A DNA stretch of 64,000 nucleotides from an uncultured Planctomycetota bacterium (GTDB lineage Bacteria > Planctomycetota > Planctomycetia > Pirellulales > Lacipirellulaceae): assembly GCA_963719315.1 (NCBI GenBank), contig CAVRBU010000006.1, positions 160,001-224,000 on the forward strand, given 5' to 3'. Made by a program: the position numbers and the translations under genes. This document shows, piece by piece, positions 29,721 to 40,630 of the stretch. Below the pieces are notes generated by a model. The model was given only the letters and a program-made list of their open reading frames with translations, was not told the DNA's origin and made no database searches. How positions within the stretch are numbered: the first letter of the stretch is position 1; the number at the start of each line of letters is the position of its first letter.

Positions 29721-30932
29721 ATGCAATTCATCTACACCGCCAAATCGAAGCTTGGTGATATCCAAAGCGGACACATTTCCGCCGCGGATATCGAGGCGGC
29801 GAAGCGCGCGCTGCGCGAGCAGAGCCTGTTTCCCATCGCTATTCACAGGAAGACGGCGAATTCGCCGTTCAAGGCGATGTTTGCCCGCGACCGCGGCGCG
29901 CTTTCAAAACGGGATTTGCTCAGTGTGACGACGCAGTTGGCGATCATGACGCGGTCGGGCGTTGATCTGGCATCCTCGTTTCACTCGCTCTCGAACCAAT
30001 GCAGCAATCCGGCGATGAGAAAGATCCTGGCCCAAGTTCACAAGGACGTGACGGGTGGCAAAAGCATTTCCGATGCAATGCACGCCCAGGCGGCCGTGTT
30101 CGGCGACGCCTACGTCGCGAGTGTGGCGGCGGGCGAGGCGGCCGGTAAATTACCCGAGGTGCTCAATCGGTTGGCACAGTTTCAACGGTCGGAAATGCGC
30201 GTGCGGGCGACCGTTCGCACGCTGCTCGCATATCCATTGCTTCTGACCGGCGTATCGTCACTGGTGGTGATCGGACTGGTCACGTTCGTGCTGCCCAAGT
30301 TCGTGGCAATTTTCGGGCAGTTCGATGTCAGTTTGCCCGTGATCACACAGGTCGTCGTCGCGATTTCAGACGTGCTGCGGAAAAACATGTTCATCGTGGC
30401 GCCGGTCTTGGTGGCGTCGATCTTGGGGTTGATCGTGTCCCGTCACGTCGAGGGGGGCCGCAAGAAATGGGATTACGCGATGCTCAATGTGCCGCTCCTA
30501 CGCGATATCACTCGCGCCTTCTACATCGGCCGCACGTTTCGCTTGCTGGGCCTAATGATCGAAAGCGGCGTGCCACTGCTCGAAGGCTTGAAGCTCACGC
30601 GAAACTCGGTGCGGAATGTGCTCTATAAGAAGCTGTTCGACGAATTGGAAGATTCGATCTTGAACGGGCGGGGCTTGGCGGTATCGCTCATCAATGCGGG
30701 CTTTGTGCCGGCCGTGGCGGCCGAAATGATACTCACGGCCGAACGCACCGGCACGCTTGGCATGGTCACCGAGCTGATGGGTGAGCACTACGAGGAAGAG
30801 GGTGAATCGAAACTTCGCGAGATGGCGACGTTGCTGGAGCCGCTCATCATCGTCGCGATGGGTGTAGTCGTGGCCACGATCGTGATGGCCGTCATGTTGC
30901 CGATGTTCGACATTTCCACGATGGCACGTTAG
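29721..30932 (+). CDS. GspF/PilC inner-membrane platform protein
   Basis: QLAIM..SGV, AGEAAGKL, YP, ESGVPLL, LLEP. Confidence 0.95.
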   Translation: MQFIYTAKSKLGDIQSGHISAADIEAAKRALREQSLFPIAIHRKTANSPFKAMFARDRGALSKRDLLSVTTQLAIMTRSGVDLASSFHSLSNQCSNPAMRKILAQVHKDVTGGKSISDAMHAQAAVFGDAYVASVAAGEAAGKLPEVLNRLAQFQRSEMRVRATVRTLLAYPLLLTGVSSLVVIGLVTFVLPKFVAIFGQFDVSLPVITQVVVAISDVLRKNMFIVAPVLVASILGLIVSRHVEGGRKKWDYAMLNVPLLRDITRAFYIGRTFRLLGLMIESGVPLLEGLKLTRNSVRNVLYKKLFDELEDSILNGRGLAVSLINAGFVPAVAAEMILTAERTGTLGMVTELMGEHYEEEGESKLREMATLLEPLIIVAMGVVVATIVMAVMLPMFDISTMAR

Positions 30933-30950
30933 GCAAGAAGGAGTAAGAAA

Positions 30951-31238
30951 ATGAACCTACCGAAATGGCAACGAGTTGCGATGGCAGTCGCATTGACCAT
31001 GGGCGGCGTTATCGCAGGGGCGAACATGTCGCCGATCAATGTGGCGCATGGCGAGGTTCGCGGAACGCCCGAACCGCCGGCGTTCCAAAGCGGCAGCGTT
31101 CCGATCCTGCGAGAAATCTCGGCAACGCTGCGGCAAATGGACGGCCGTTTGGCACGGTTGGAAACCGTGGCCTTGAAACTGCAAACCGCGGCGGCTCGCA
31201 GTGCTGCGCCGGCGGATCCGTCGAATGCGGCGAATTGA
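30951..31238 (+). CDS. Small exported coiled-coil hypothetical protein
   Basis: AGGAG RBS, signal-like N-terminus, ILREISATLRQMDGRLARLE. Confidence 0.7.
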   Translation: MNLPKWQRVAMAVALTMGGVIAGANMSPINVAHGEVRGTPEPPAFQSGSVPILREISATLRQMDGRLARLETVALKLQTAAARSAAPADPSNAAN

Positions 31239-31268
31239 TTTCCGGGAGCGATTGGAACTGTTTGTGAT

Positions 31269-31335
31269 GTAGCTGAATTCGCAAGAATTCGGCGGCTGAA
31301 ATGGGTGCGTGGCTGAATTCTTGCGAATTCAGCCA
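31269..31335. repeat. Inverted pair of GAATTC-containing GTAG-type palindromes
   Basis: GTAGCTGAATTCGCAAGAATTCGGC … GGCTGAATTCTTGCGAATTCAGCCAC. Confidence 0.85.
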
Positions 31336-31349
31336 CGGCCGGGAGAGCA

Positions 31350-32440
31350 TTGGTCTTGGCACTTTCGCAGCGACTAGGTTGGATCGGCGTCGACGTGGGG
31401 ACACACACGGTGAAGCTCGCGCAAGTCGTGCGCGACGGCGCCAGTGTGCGCTTGCACCGAGCGGCAGTGATTCAGCGCCCCGCCACCTGGAGCGGGGAGG
31501 ACTCACTGGCGCAGGATCAGCCGATCACGTCGCAGCCGGAAATCAGTGCGGCGCTCGAATGCGGCGGATTCACGGGCCGCAACGCGATCTGCGCGTTGCC
31601 CATGAATGTGTGCCAATTGCGGAGTCTGAATATTCCGCCCGGGAGCGACGAGGAGCGCCGCACGATCATTGCCGACGAACTGGCCGAGGATTGGAGCGAG
31701 CTTGGCAATCCGATGGAGTTCGATTTCTGGGAGATGGATGGCAGTCGAGGCGATAAGAATGCGGACTCGTGCAACGTGAGCGTCATCGCCGCATCGCGTT
31801 TGTGGATCGGGCAGGTGTGGCGCGATTGCCGCCGGAGCGGCATGGATTGCTGGGCGATCGATGGGTTGCCGTTGGCGATGGCTCGCGCGGTCGGCATGGC
31901 CGGCGGCTTGGGCGGAGGCCGGCGGGCGTTGGCTGTCGATTGGGGTTTTTCGAACACGACGCTGTGTATCGTGGGGGACCAGCGCCGCTTTACAGCCGGC
32001 GGATTTCGGACTGCTCGTTCGGGAGTTTGCTGGAAGCAATCATGCACAGGTTCGACGTGACGCTCGATGAAGCGCAGCACCTCGCCGAAAGTGAAGGTCT
32101 GGCCGTGGTTCAGGAGCAGCCGACGGTCGAGCGCGATACCGCTCATGCGATGACCGAAGCAGCGGCGCCCGCGATCGACGAGCTCGTTCGGCAAATCAGC
32201 CGGACGCTGCAGTTCACCGAACTGCAGCGGCGACATTTGCAGCCGGCGGGGATCTGGTTGCTGGGCGGAGGCGCGTCGCTCAAGAACGCCGCGCCGTACC
32301 TGTCACGGGCGTTGTCGTTGCCCGTGCGTATCGTGTCTCTCGCGCCGGCGTCGGAGCCGATCGCGTGCGCGGCGGGGAATCGATCGGCCGTTTTTGGCAG
32401 CGCGGCAGCCCTCTCGGCCTTGGCGTGGAGGGCCGCATGA
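31350..32440 (+). CDS. PilM-like actin-fold protein (frameshift near 31985)
   Basis: IGVDVGTHTVKLAQ, VDWG, LLGGGA; split over two frames. Confidence 0.85.
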
Positions 32441-33027
32441 GGACGATGGTCAACATTTTGCCGACCTCTTATCGGCGACAGCAGATATTACGCAACCGCA
32501 GCATGCAGTGGGCGACCGCGATCTCGGTGGTCCTGGTCGCAGGCTGGGGTTGGCACTGGTTAGAAATGCGCGAACACAACTACTTGGCAGAGCAGTTGGA
32601 CGTGCTCTCGCGCGAGCACGCACCGACTCAGACCATGCTGAAACAAATCGTAGACATGCGCCGTCAACTAAAAGAATTGCAGCAACAGGAGACAGTGGCC
32701 AAGGAACTGGAAACCCAGCGCAATGCGCTGGCTTTGTTGGGCGTGATCAGCGAGACGGCGCAAAAGACCAAGGGGCGGCTGCGAGTCACGAAAATGGAGC
32801 TCATCAACTTCCAAAATGTGGGCAAGGCCGGTGGTATGGGTACTACATCGCAGACTCCGGGCGGCCTGCTGCTTACCGGCGTGTCACTCGACAACCCCTC
32901 GGTCACCGAACTATTTAACGGCCTGCAGCACTCCGGCGTCTTCAGCCACGTGGAGCTGCTGAAACTGAAGGAACGGGAAGGTAAGAGTATGTCGCTGCGG
33001 GACTATGAGGTGCGGTGCGAGTTCTAG
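32437..33027 (+). CDS. PilN-like protein
   Basis: VNILP motif, TM helix, coiled coil; ATGA overlap with the pilM-like gene. Confidence 0.85.
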   Translation: MRTMVNILPTSYRRQQILRNRSMQWATAISVVLVAGWGWHWLEMREHNYLAEQLDVLSREHAPTQTMLKQIVDMRRQLKELQQQETVAKELETQRNALALLGVISETAQKTKGRLRVTKMELINFQNVGKAGGMGTTSQTPGGLLLTGVSLDNPSVTELFNGLQHSGVFSHVELLKLKEREGKSMSLRDYEVRCEF

Positions 33028-33187
33028 GCGAAAGACGAGACAATGAAAATGAACCACAACGTCACGACGAGCACGACGTATATATCCAGGCTTCCAGGCG
33101 CTCGTAGGTCTTCGTCGTGTCCTTCGTGTCGTCGCGGTAAAGCATTTGCTGCGTCAGCGTGAGACGGTCTGTTCGGAATTGAAAGTA

Positions 33188-33781
33188 ATGCACATCATTG
33201 ACGACGAAACAAGGCGATTCGGCAGAATGCTGCACTATGCGGGCGTGCTCATCATGGTGTTGAGCGCATCGGCCGGCTATTCGCTACTGCATGCGCCGTC
33301 GCTTCGCGCGATCATGGAGACTTCGAATCAGATTGATGAATTGATGCAGTCGGTGAAGAACGCTCCCGTGATCCGCGAGCAACACCGAATTGTGACGGCC
33401 AAGCTGCGCGAAGTGACGACCCAAATCGCCAACGTACAGCGACGCGTGCCGCGAGACAGCGATGTCGGCGAGTTTTTGACGCAAGTCTCCGAATTGGCCG
33501 GCGCCGAAAAGCTAGCGATTAAGGATTTTCATCCCGAGAAACCCGAAGCAAAGAACGGTTACGCGGAGATGCAGGTAAAGCTCAAAGGTGAAGGCAGCTT
33601 CGGCAGCATTTGCTCGTTTATAGACCGGCTCAACAAGCTGGCGCGGCTATCAAAGATCAAAGAATTCACTATCACAAGTGATACGGAAGCGACCGAATAT
33701 CCGATGACAGCAACTCTGGTGATCTACTACGGCCTGCGCGGAAACGACGCCGAATCGGGTCAGGAGGGGCACAGTGGCTAA
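33188..33781 (+). CDS. PilO-like protein
   Basis: TM plus coiled coil; G.F..I..FI..L…RL motif; gene order. Confidence 0.85.
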   Translation: MHIIDDETRRFGRMLHYAGVLIMVLSASAGYSLLHAPSLRAIMETSNQIDELMQSVKNAPVIREQHRIVTAKLREVTTQIANVQRRVPRDSDVGEFLTQVSELAGAEKLAIKDFHPEKPEAKNGYAEMQVKLKGEGSFGSICSFIDRLNKLARLSKIKEFTITSDTEATEYPMTATLVIYYGLRGNDAESGQEGHSG

Positions 33782-34392
33782 TACCCAAACGGCGGCGAAA
33801 CGCGATGGCCTGTCGCGCGGCAAGGCGGTATTGATCGCCGGCCTGGCGGTCGCGCTGATTGGCGTGCTGTACGTGCAATACGGCCGAAGCGGCAGCGCGG
33901 CGCCGAATACCGAACCCAAGGTGCATAGGTCGCGCCGCGCCTGTCGTGGACGCTGCGATTTCCGCGCCGGCGCCGACGACGGACCTTAAAGCTCCCACTC
34001 AAATTAGCTCAACTTCGGCTGTCGCGGCTGGGGTCGATGAGACGCGCTGGAAATCGCCCAAGCTGGCCGATGTCGTGGGCTACGACCCGTTCGCGCTACC
34101 GTCGACGTTCCCCAAACCCAAGACGATCGATCCGTCCGACGCGAACGCGGAAGGTCTTGTGGCGGCCGCCGCGGAGGAAGATGCCAAGAAGCTGGCCGAC
34201 GCCATTGCGCAATTGCAGACGCAGTTGCAAACGCTCAAGGAGCGCGGCGTTCAAGTGATCGTCCGCGAGCGCGACCAGTACGTGGCCATGATCGGCGACC
34301 GGACGTTGCACATTGGAGATGAGATTAACGGGTTCACCGTCACGGAGATCGACCCGGGCGGCGTGGTCGTCGAGAGGAAAGCGTCGCAATGA
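33774..34392 (+). CDS. PilP/GspC-position accessory protein (frameshifted)
   Basis: TM N-terminus; YDPF; AMIGDRTLHIGDEINGFTVTEI. Confidence 0.65.
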
Positions 34393-36352
34393 GACCCAGG
34401 TGTTACAAGTGGTCGGTGAGCGCGGCGTGGGCCGCGACCGGTCGCACTGCGCGCTGGGTTTTACTGCTGGCATGTGGGTTGGCGTGGTGTAACGCGGCGC
34501 CATTTGCGCCGTTGCCCAATCGCCAGAACTGCACGCAGCTTTCAACGATGTCCACCGCAAGCTGGCCGATGGCGACGAGCGTGTATCCGGCGAAGTGCGG
34601 ATCGCGAGCGGCCAGAAGCCGCCCTCCAAACAGCCGGCTGCCGCGGCTCAGCCACCTGCCAAGAAGAGCACGGCGCCGGTGTCCCGCGTGCGGCAATCGC
34701 CCCAGGTGCTGCCGCCACAAACGGCGGAAGCCAGCTCGCCGGCGACAACGGAAGCGTTGCCGCTTCCGCCATTGAAAGCGAAGTTGTCGCTGGCGGGAGC
34801 CGACCCCGATGATGGATTGCAATTGACGAAAAACGACAAAGGATTGATTACTCTGATCGTACGCGACAAGTCGCTGAGCCAGGTTTTGGCGCTGATCGCC
34901 CAAACGCAAAGCTTGAACATCGTGGCGTCGAACGATATCGATGCGCTGATTTCCATCACGCTCCGCGATGTACCGCTCGAAGACGCGCTGACGGCGATTC
35001 TGTCGGTCGCGAATTACACGTGGGTGAAGCGCAACAACATCATCTTGATTACTTCGCTGACGGACGCGACCAACCTGTCGGCCGAAGTGCAGGGCCGGCA
35101 CATTCAGGTGTTTGATCTGGATTTTGCGTCGGCCGCCGTCGTGGCCGAGACGGTCAAGAATTTCCTGTCGCCGATCGGAAAGGTGTCGATCGGCGCCAGT
35201 AATCCGACCAACAATCGCCTCACGCAAGAGCGGGTCGTGGTCGAAGACATGGCCGAGCCGCTGGCCCGAATTGCGGCCTACATCGCTCAGATCGATCAGC
35301 CGCCGCGGCAGGTGCTGATCGAAGCGCACGTGTTGCAGGTGAAGTTGGACGACACGACTCGATGCGGCGTAGACTTTAATGCGCTGGGCCTCAACAACAA
35401 CTTCGTTACCGTGGTACCTCGGTTGGCAACCAACGGATTCGCGTCGTCGACGGCTTCCCCGGCATTCGTGGCAACGCTTGGAAACACGAATTTGGGGGCG
35501 GTGATCGAACTGCTCCAAAAGACGCTCGACGCCAAAACCCTCGGCTCGCCCAAGCTGCTCGTGCTCAATGAGCAAGAAGCACGCTTGCAAGTCGGTAAGC
35601 ACCAAGGCTACTCCACATCGACGACAACCGAAACGAGCACGATCCAGACCGTGCAGTTCCTCGATACCGGCGTGATCTTGCGCATTACACCGCGGATCAC
35701 GCGCGACGATCGAGTGCTATTGCACGTGAGGCCCGAAGTATCGGATGGCGACGTCACCAATGATTTGCCGAACTCCACCACGGCTGAGCTTGAGACGGAT
35801 GTCATGCTGCACGATAACGAAGGCATGGTGATTGGCGGTTTGATCCAAGAGAAGGACTCGACCGATCAATCGAAGATTCCATACCTCGGCAACGTCAAGG
35901 GCGTCGGGTTCCTGTTTCGGCGCTCGGAGGTAACCAAGCAACGATCCGAGATCATCGTGGCTCTCGTGCCGCGGATTCAGCCCTACGACTGCCAGTATCA
36001 CGACTTCGAACAAGGCGAGCTGGTCAAGGCCAGCGTGCCGCTGATGCACGGCCCGCTGTGCCGCACCGATCGGCCCTGGGATCCCGTGCTGCCGGATGGC
36101 AAGCGGGTGTCGTATCCTCTGATACCGAAGAAGCATTGCCCGACGGGTTATTATCACGATCTCGGTCCGCAGTACGTGATTCCGCCAACGCCGCTGCCGG
36201 CGCAACGACTGTGCGACCCGCCGGATGCGCCAGGTGGATCGCCTTCCGCTGGCGCCCTGCTGCGCGGCCCGATGATCGGCGCCGAAAACTTGCCGATGCC
36301 GGCGGTCGAGGGCGATTGGCGCGGCACCGAGGTTATTAGCGATCAGCCATAA
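34389..36352 (+). CDS. Secretin (GspD/PilQ family); 5' part frameshifted
   Basis: IDQPPRQVLIEA, P.LLVLN.QEA, GVILRITPRI, VIGGL, IPYLG…LFR. Confidence 0.92.
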
Positions 36353-36355
36353 GCA

Positions 36356-36391
36356 CTCCCTCGCTCTTTGGGAGAGGGCTGGGGTGAGGGT
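36356..36391. repeat. CCCTCTCCC…GGGAGAGGG-type palindromic repeat
   Basis: Reverse complement closely matches 42321-42356; a partial copy lies at 48590-48617. Confidence 0.85.
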
Positions 36392-36423
36392 GCATTGTTT
36401 ATTCCCATGACGAGGACCGACGC

Positions 36424-36621
36424 ATGAGCAAGCGCTTACCCGTGCCGCCCGATCTCGAGCACTTGATCGAGAAGCGCGAGGCGGAGAACGAACGGAGGAG
36501 CGGCGAACGGCGTAAATCAGGCAGCCAAGCGCGGGTCAATGGCGCATCGGCGAGCAAGCCGGAGCAGCGCCAGCAGGAGGACCGCCGGCGCAAGCGGCGG
36601 CGCAAATCCGACTCGAAATGA
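36424..36621 (+). CDS. Small basic hypothetical protein
   Basis: GAGGA RBS; LEHLIEKRE…ERR repeats. Confidence 0.55.
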   Translation: MSKRLPVPPDLEHLIEKREAENERRSGERRKSGSQARVNGASASKPEQRQQEDRRRKRRRKSDSK

Positions 36622-36628
36622 TGGTGCG

Positions 36629-37411
36629 TTAGCCGAACTCGCGGTTCCAGCATTCTTGACCGAAGCGAGTCGCGACCAAATCTTGGACGCGCGCCCAGGG
36701 CACGTCGGTTAGCTCGGCGGTCGTGGGGAAGGCGGCGTCGATCGCCGCCACGAGTTGTGAGCGACTCGACGGCAGATTCGTCAGGAAATCGACGTGTTGC
36801 CGCGCGCCGCGATAATCGGGCTGGCGCGGCGGCATGCGGAGACAGCCGGCCAGGAGCGCAAGGTCGGCGTCGTAGAGCAGTGTGCCGTGGTATAAGCAGT
36901 GGGTGCGCTTCACTCGCAGGCTATTGCCCGAGAACTTACGGGCGGTTGCGATTTCGGATTTCGGATTTCGGATTGTGGATTGTGGCAAGCTGAATCCGCA
37001 ATCCGCAATCACTAAGTCGCTTGTTCCCGCGCGCGTTGTTTGCAAGCTGAGTGTGTTGAGTGCGTTTGCCAACCGGTCGAGCACGAAGGCGTGAGCGCGG
37101 CTGATGTCGCGCAGCTCGGGGCGCGCGGTGTAATTGAGCACGAGCGCGTACATCAGGCAGCCGGGGCCGGCGACGATTGCGGCGCCGCCGCTGGAGCGCC
37201 GCACGATAGGGATATATCGCCGCTCACATTCCGCGGCATTGATTTCTTGCCCGACGCGCGACGATCGGCCGGCCACGACCATCGGCTGCGGCGATTCCCA
37301 AATTCGCAAAACTTCGCGGTTAGCGGTTTCCTCTTCGGCCCAATCCAAAAGCGCCTCGTCGAGTGCGACATTTTCAGCGGGCGTCGGCAGCGTAAGATTC
37401 AAGCGGAGCAT
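36629..37411 (-). CDS. Lipoate-protein ligase A family protein with an in-frame repeat insertion
   Basis: NVALDEALL, RRSSGG, KFSGNS, HGTLLY. Confidence 0.9.
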   Translation of the reverse strand: MLRLNLTLPTPAENVALDEALLDWAEEETANREVLRIWESPQPMVVAGRSSRVGQEINAAECERRYIPIVRRSSGGAAIVAGPGCLMYALVLNYTARPELRDISRAHAFVLDRLANALNTLSLQTTRAGTSDLVIADCGFSLPQSTIRNPKSEIATARKFSGNSLRVKRTHCLYHGTLLYDADLALLAGCLRMPPRQPDYRGARQHVDFLTNLPSSRSQLVAAIDAAFPTTAELTDVPWARVQDLVATRFGQECWNREFG

Positions 37412-37548
37412 AATGCTGTTGTCTCACAGGCGGCAATGGGTTCGCAAGGCCGGAGCGAGCGGTCTACACTCGGTTGACGTTCGGCTGCATTCCGTGACAC
37501 ACTAGGGAATAACCATTTATGGCAATGCGACCCGTTTGACTTGTCACC

Positions 37549-38619
37549 ATGACGAACGAATCTCGGACATTCCGCGACGAACAACTGGGCGGCCCCTCGC
37601 GGCCGCCGTTGGGCCAGGAGTTGCTGCCGCCGGTGGAGCAGCCCTCGGCGAAATTCATCGTGCAGTTGTTCGTCGTGCCGGCCCTGATTGTTCTGGCGAT
37701 CGTGAGTGTCTGGTTGACGCTCAGTTGGCTGGTGCGGAGCGCAACGATCGACCCCGATACGCTGATCGAGGGCATCGAGCATGGGCCCAGCATCGCGCGG
37801 TGGCAGCGGGCCAGCGAATTTGCCGACTTGCTCAACAACAGCCGACATGCCGAGCTCAAGCGCGATCATCAAGTTGCCAGTCATCTTGCGCAAATTCTGG
37901 ATCGCGAGATCGATCAATCGGGCAGCGGCAATGACGGACAACAAGCCTCCACACTGCGATATTTCTTGGCCCGCGCGTTGGGCGAATTCGAAGTTGCCGA
38001 TGGGACCGACGTGCTGCTGAAAGCGGCCGCGACAAAGCGCACGCCGAACGACGAACTTGTGCGACACTGTGCAATCGAGGCGATTGCCGTCCGCGCGTAC
38101 AACATGCAGAAGCTCGAACCGCCGGAGCAACTTACGAATCCCGAGTTGGAACCGACGCTCATTCGCTTGGCCGGCGATGAGGATCCGGCGATTCGCTCGA
38201 AGGCGACATACGCGCTCGGGCAGCTTGGCACGCCCGGGGCCGTTGAAAAGCTGCAAGTGTTGGTCGATGATCCGGACGCCGATACACGGTACAATGCCGC
38301 GATCGCGCTTGCCCATCGGGGCAACGCCAAGGCGGTGGACACGCTGGCCGAGATGCTCGACCTCTCGGAGCTGACGAAATCGTCTGGCAAGGAAGACGAG
38401 CAAGACGCTGGTTTCAAGCGGGCCGTGATCATCGCCAGCGCGCTCGACGCGGCCCATGCGCTCGCGCGGCAGAATCCGCAGGCCGATCTGTCGAACGTGA
38501 TGAAAGCGCTCGAGCAGTTGGTGAATGCCGATCCGAAGGCGCTCGAAGCAGCACACTTGCCGAAGCGGATCGTCACCGACTCCGAGCATGCCTTGCAGAT
38601 GCTCAAGCCGAATCAGTAG
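37549..38619 (+). CDS. Membrane-anchored HEAT-repeat protein
   Basis: TM helix; repeated R..A..ALG motifs. Confidence 0.85.
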   Translation: MTNESRTFRDEQLGGPSRPPLGQELLPPVEQPSAKFIVQLFVVPALIVLAIVSVWLTLSWLVRSATIDPDTLIEGIEHGPSIARWQRASEFADLLNNSRHAELKRDHQVASHLAQILDREIDQSGSGNDGQQASTLRYFLARALGEFEVADGTDVLLKAAATKRTPNDELVRHCAIEAIAVRAYNMQKLEPPEQLTNPELEPTLIRLAGDEDPAIRSKATYALGQLGTPGAVEKLQVLVDDPDADTRYNAAIALAHRGNAKAVDTLAEMLDLSELTKSSGKEDEQDAGFKRAVIIASALDAAHALARQNPQADLSNVMKALEQLVNADPKALEAAHLPKRIVTDSEHALQMLKPNQ

Positions 38620-38620
38620 C

Positions 38621-38682
38621 TGTAGGGTGGGCATCGCTGGCCAACGACGGCGTGCAAACGTGGTGGGCAATGCCCACCCTAC
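38621..38682. repeat. GTAG-type REP-like inverted pair
   Basis: GTAGGGTGGGCAT … ATGCCCACCCTAC. Confidence 0.8.
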
Positions 38683-39011
38683 CTGCTGGTCGTCATTCTG
38701 TAGCGGTCGTAGCGGCTAGGCCGACGGGCATCTGTTCCAAATCGCAACGATGTTAAACCTTTCCGTTGCATTCGAGCAACATGTCGGCGGAGAATTACGT
38801 CAGTCCGAGATTTTTTCAAGAATCGTAAAGCATTGTCCGGAGCGTAGTTCATTATTTGATAGCGGCGAAGTGAAGCAGTGCTATCGTTTGCCTGGCGGCC
38901 ATTCGTACGCCAGAGTCAATAGAGGAGGGTTGTCGGGCGACAGGGTGGTCGCGAGGGTCGAAGCACGGATCGCGGCTCGTTCTACTCGTCTAACGTGAGA
39001 TCACTAGGGTC

Positions 39012-40163
39012 ATGACTACTCGTTACCGTCTCGGCGTGTGGCTTTGTATTCCGCTTGTGTTCGGCGCGGAAGTGCCGACGTTGTCCGCACAGTGCTGCGA
39101 AACCTGCTATCGCATCGTGTGCAAAACGGTCTGCGAAGAGCGGCAAGTCACTTGTTATCGCAACGTGTGCGAAACCGTGTGCGAAGCCCGCGAAATCACG
39201 CGGCAAGTTCCCGTGTGGGAAACGCAGATGCGCGAGCGGCGATTCACCGTGACGCGCCCCGTGCATGAAACTTCGATGCGCGAAGAGCGGTTCACCGTGC
39301 AGCGGCCCGTGACCGAGACCGTGATGCGAGACACGAGCTACAACGTCGTGCGCAACATCGTGGAGACATCCGAGCGCGAAGAGCGGTACATGGTGCAGCG
39401 GCCGGTAACGGAGACGTCGATGCGCGAAGAGCGGTTCGTCGTGCAGCGGCCCGTGACCGAGACCGTGATGCAGCCGCGGTGCCAGACCGTGATGCGGCCG
39501 GTGACGCAATGCCAAACGCGAATGGTCGATCAAGGTTGCTGGGCGAATCAGGTGGTGTGCGTTCCGGGCCAGCCGACGTGGCCGCGTCTTGCCTGGGTGC
39601 CGGCGACGCAGGTGTGCGATCCACAAACGGGCATCGTACAAGTGCAGCGCGGCGGATTGGCGTGGACGTCCGGTTTCACGCCGTCGCAGCAAGTCGTGCA
39701 GCGCGTGTGGCGGCCGAACGTAGTGGCCCAGCAGTTTCAAACCGTGAGCTACTGCCCCGAGCAGGTGACCGTACAGGTGCCGGTGCAGGTCTGCAAACTG
39801 GTGGCCGAAGAGCAGGTTCGCCAGGTGCCCGTACAGACCTGCCGCATGGTGCAGGAAGAAATGGTCCGCAAGGTGCCGGTGCAAACGTGCCGGCAGGTGG
39901 TCGAGCGCGTGCCGCGGCAAGAGGCGGTGCAGGTCTGCCGAATGGTGTGCGAAGAGCAGGTCCGCCAGGTGCCGGTCACCACGTGCCGCATGGTTTCGGA
40001 AGAACACGTCGAGCCGTATCAGGTACGGGTGTGCAAATGGGTCTGCGAGAAGCAGACAATTCAAGTGCCGCGTACCGTGACGAAGCAGGTGCCGGAAACG
40101 TATACGATTCGCGTTCCGCGGACGGTGATGGTTCGCGTGCCGGTGGATCCCTGTGCGGGCTGA
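39012..40163 (+). CDS. Secreted Cys/Val-rich repeat protein, YTV-like
   Basis: Signal peptide; repeats ETSMREERFTVQRPV and CRMV.EE.VRQVPV. Confidence 0.85.
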   Translation: MTTRYRLGVWLCIPLVFGAEVPTLSAQCCETCYRIVCKTVCEERQVTCYRNVCETVCEAREITRQVPVWETQMRERRFTVTRPVHETSMREERFTVQRPVTETVMRDTSYNVVRNIVETSEREERYMVQRPVTETSMREERFVVQRPVTETVMQPRCQTVMRPVTQCQTRMVDQGCWANQVVCVPGQPTWPRLAWVPATQVCDPQTGIVQVQRGGLAWTSGFTPSQQVVQRVWRPNVVAQQFQTVSYCPEQVTVQVPVQVCKLVAEEQVRQVPVQTCRMVQEEMVRKVPVQTCRQVVERVPRQEAVQVCRMVCEEQVRQVPVTTCRMVSEEHVEPYQVRVCKWVCEKQTIQVPRTVTKQVPETYTIRVPRTVMVRVPVDPCAG

Positions 40164-40324
40164 GAGCCGCGGCAGGGGTGAGCGGCGAGGAACGAACGGT
40201 TCGAGGCCAATTCCTACAACTTCTTTTTGGCCGGTTCTGGCACTGGCTCTGATACTGGTCTGTCAATCGCTATTGGTCATGCGGCCAGGTTTAGAGGTAT
40301 GATCGGCTTACGAAGTCAGTCGCG

Positions 40325-40567
40325 TTGGAGTATGCCAAGCAGGGCGTTCGGGTCAACGCCGTGTGCCCCGGTGCCGTCCGAACGGATTTCTACGCACGCT
40401 TCACCGGCAAGAATCCGGAGATGGAATGGGCGATCGAAGGAATGCACCCGATGGGGCGGAGCGGTACGGCTGAGGAAGTGGCGTCGGCCGTTTACTGGCT
40501 TTGTACGGAAGCCACTTGGACAACCGGTCAGTCCATCGTGATGGACGGGGGCTTCACGGTGCCCTAA
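40325..40567 (+). pseudogene. C-terminal fragment of an SDR oxidoreductase
   Basis: [15 protein letters not shown]…HPMGR…TTGQ…DGG, with no N-terminal half upstream. Confidence 0.75.
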
Positions 40568-40630
40568 AAGTCTTGGTAGGTCTCTTCTGCCGGAAGGGAT
40601 CTGCTTTTTGTCGTTAGGTAGGAACGTCAC

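Noticed and set aside
39230..39480. Near-identical DNA repeats as a DGR or CRISPR
   Set aside because: They are in-frame coding repeats of the YTV-like protein.
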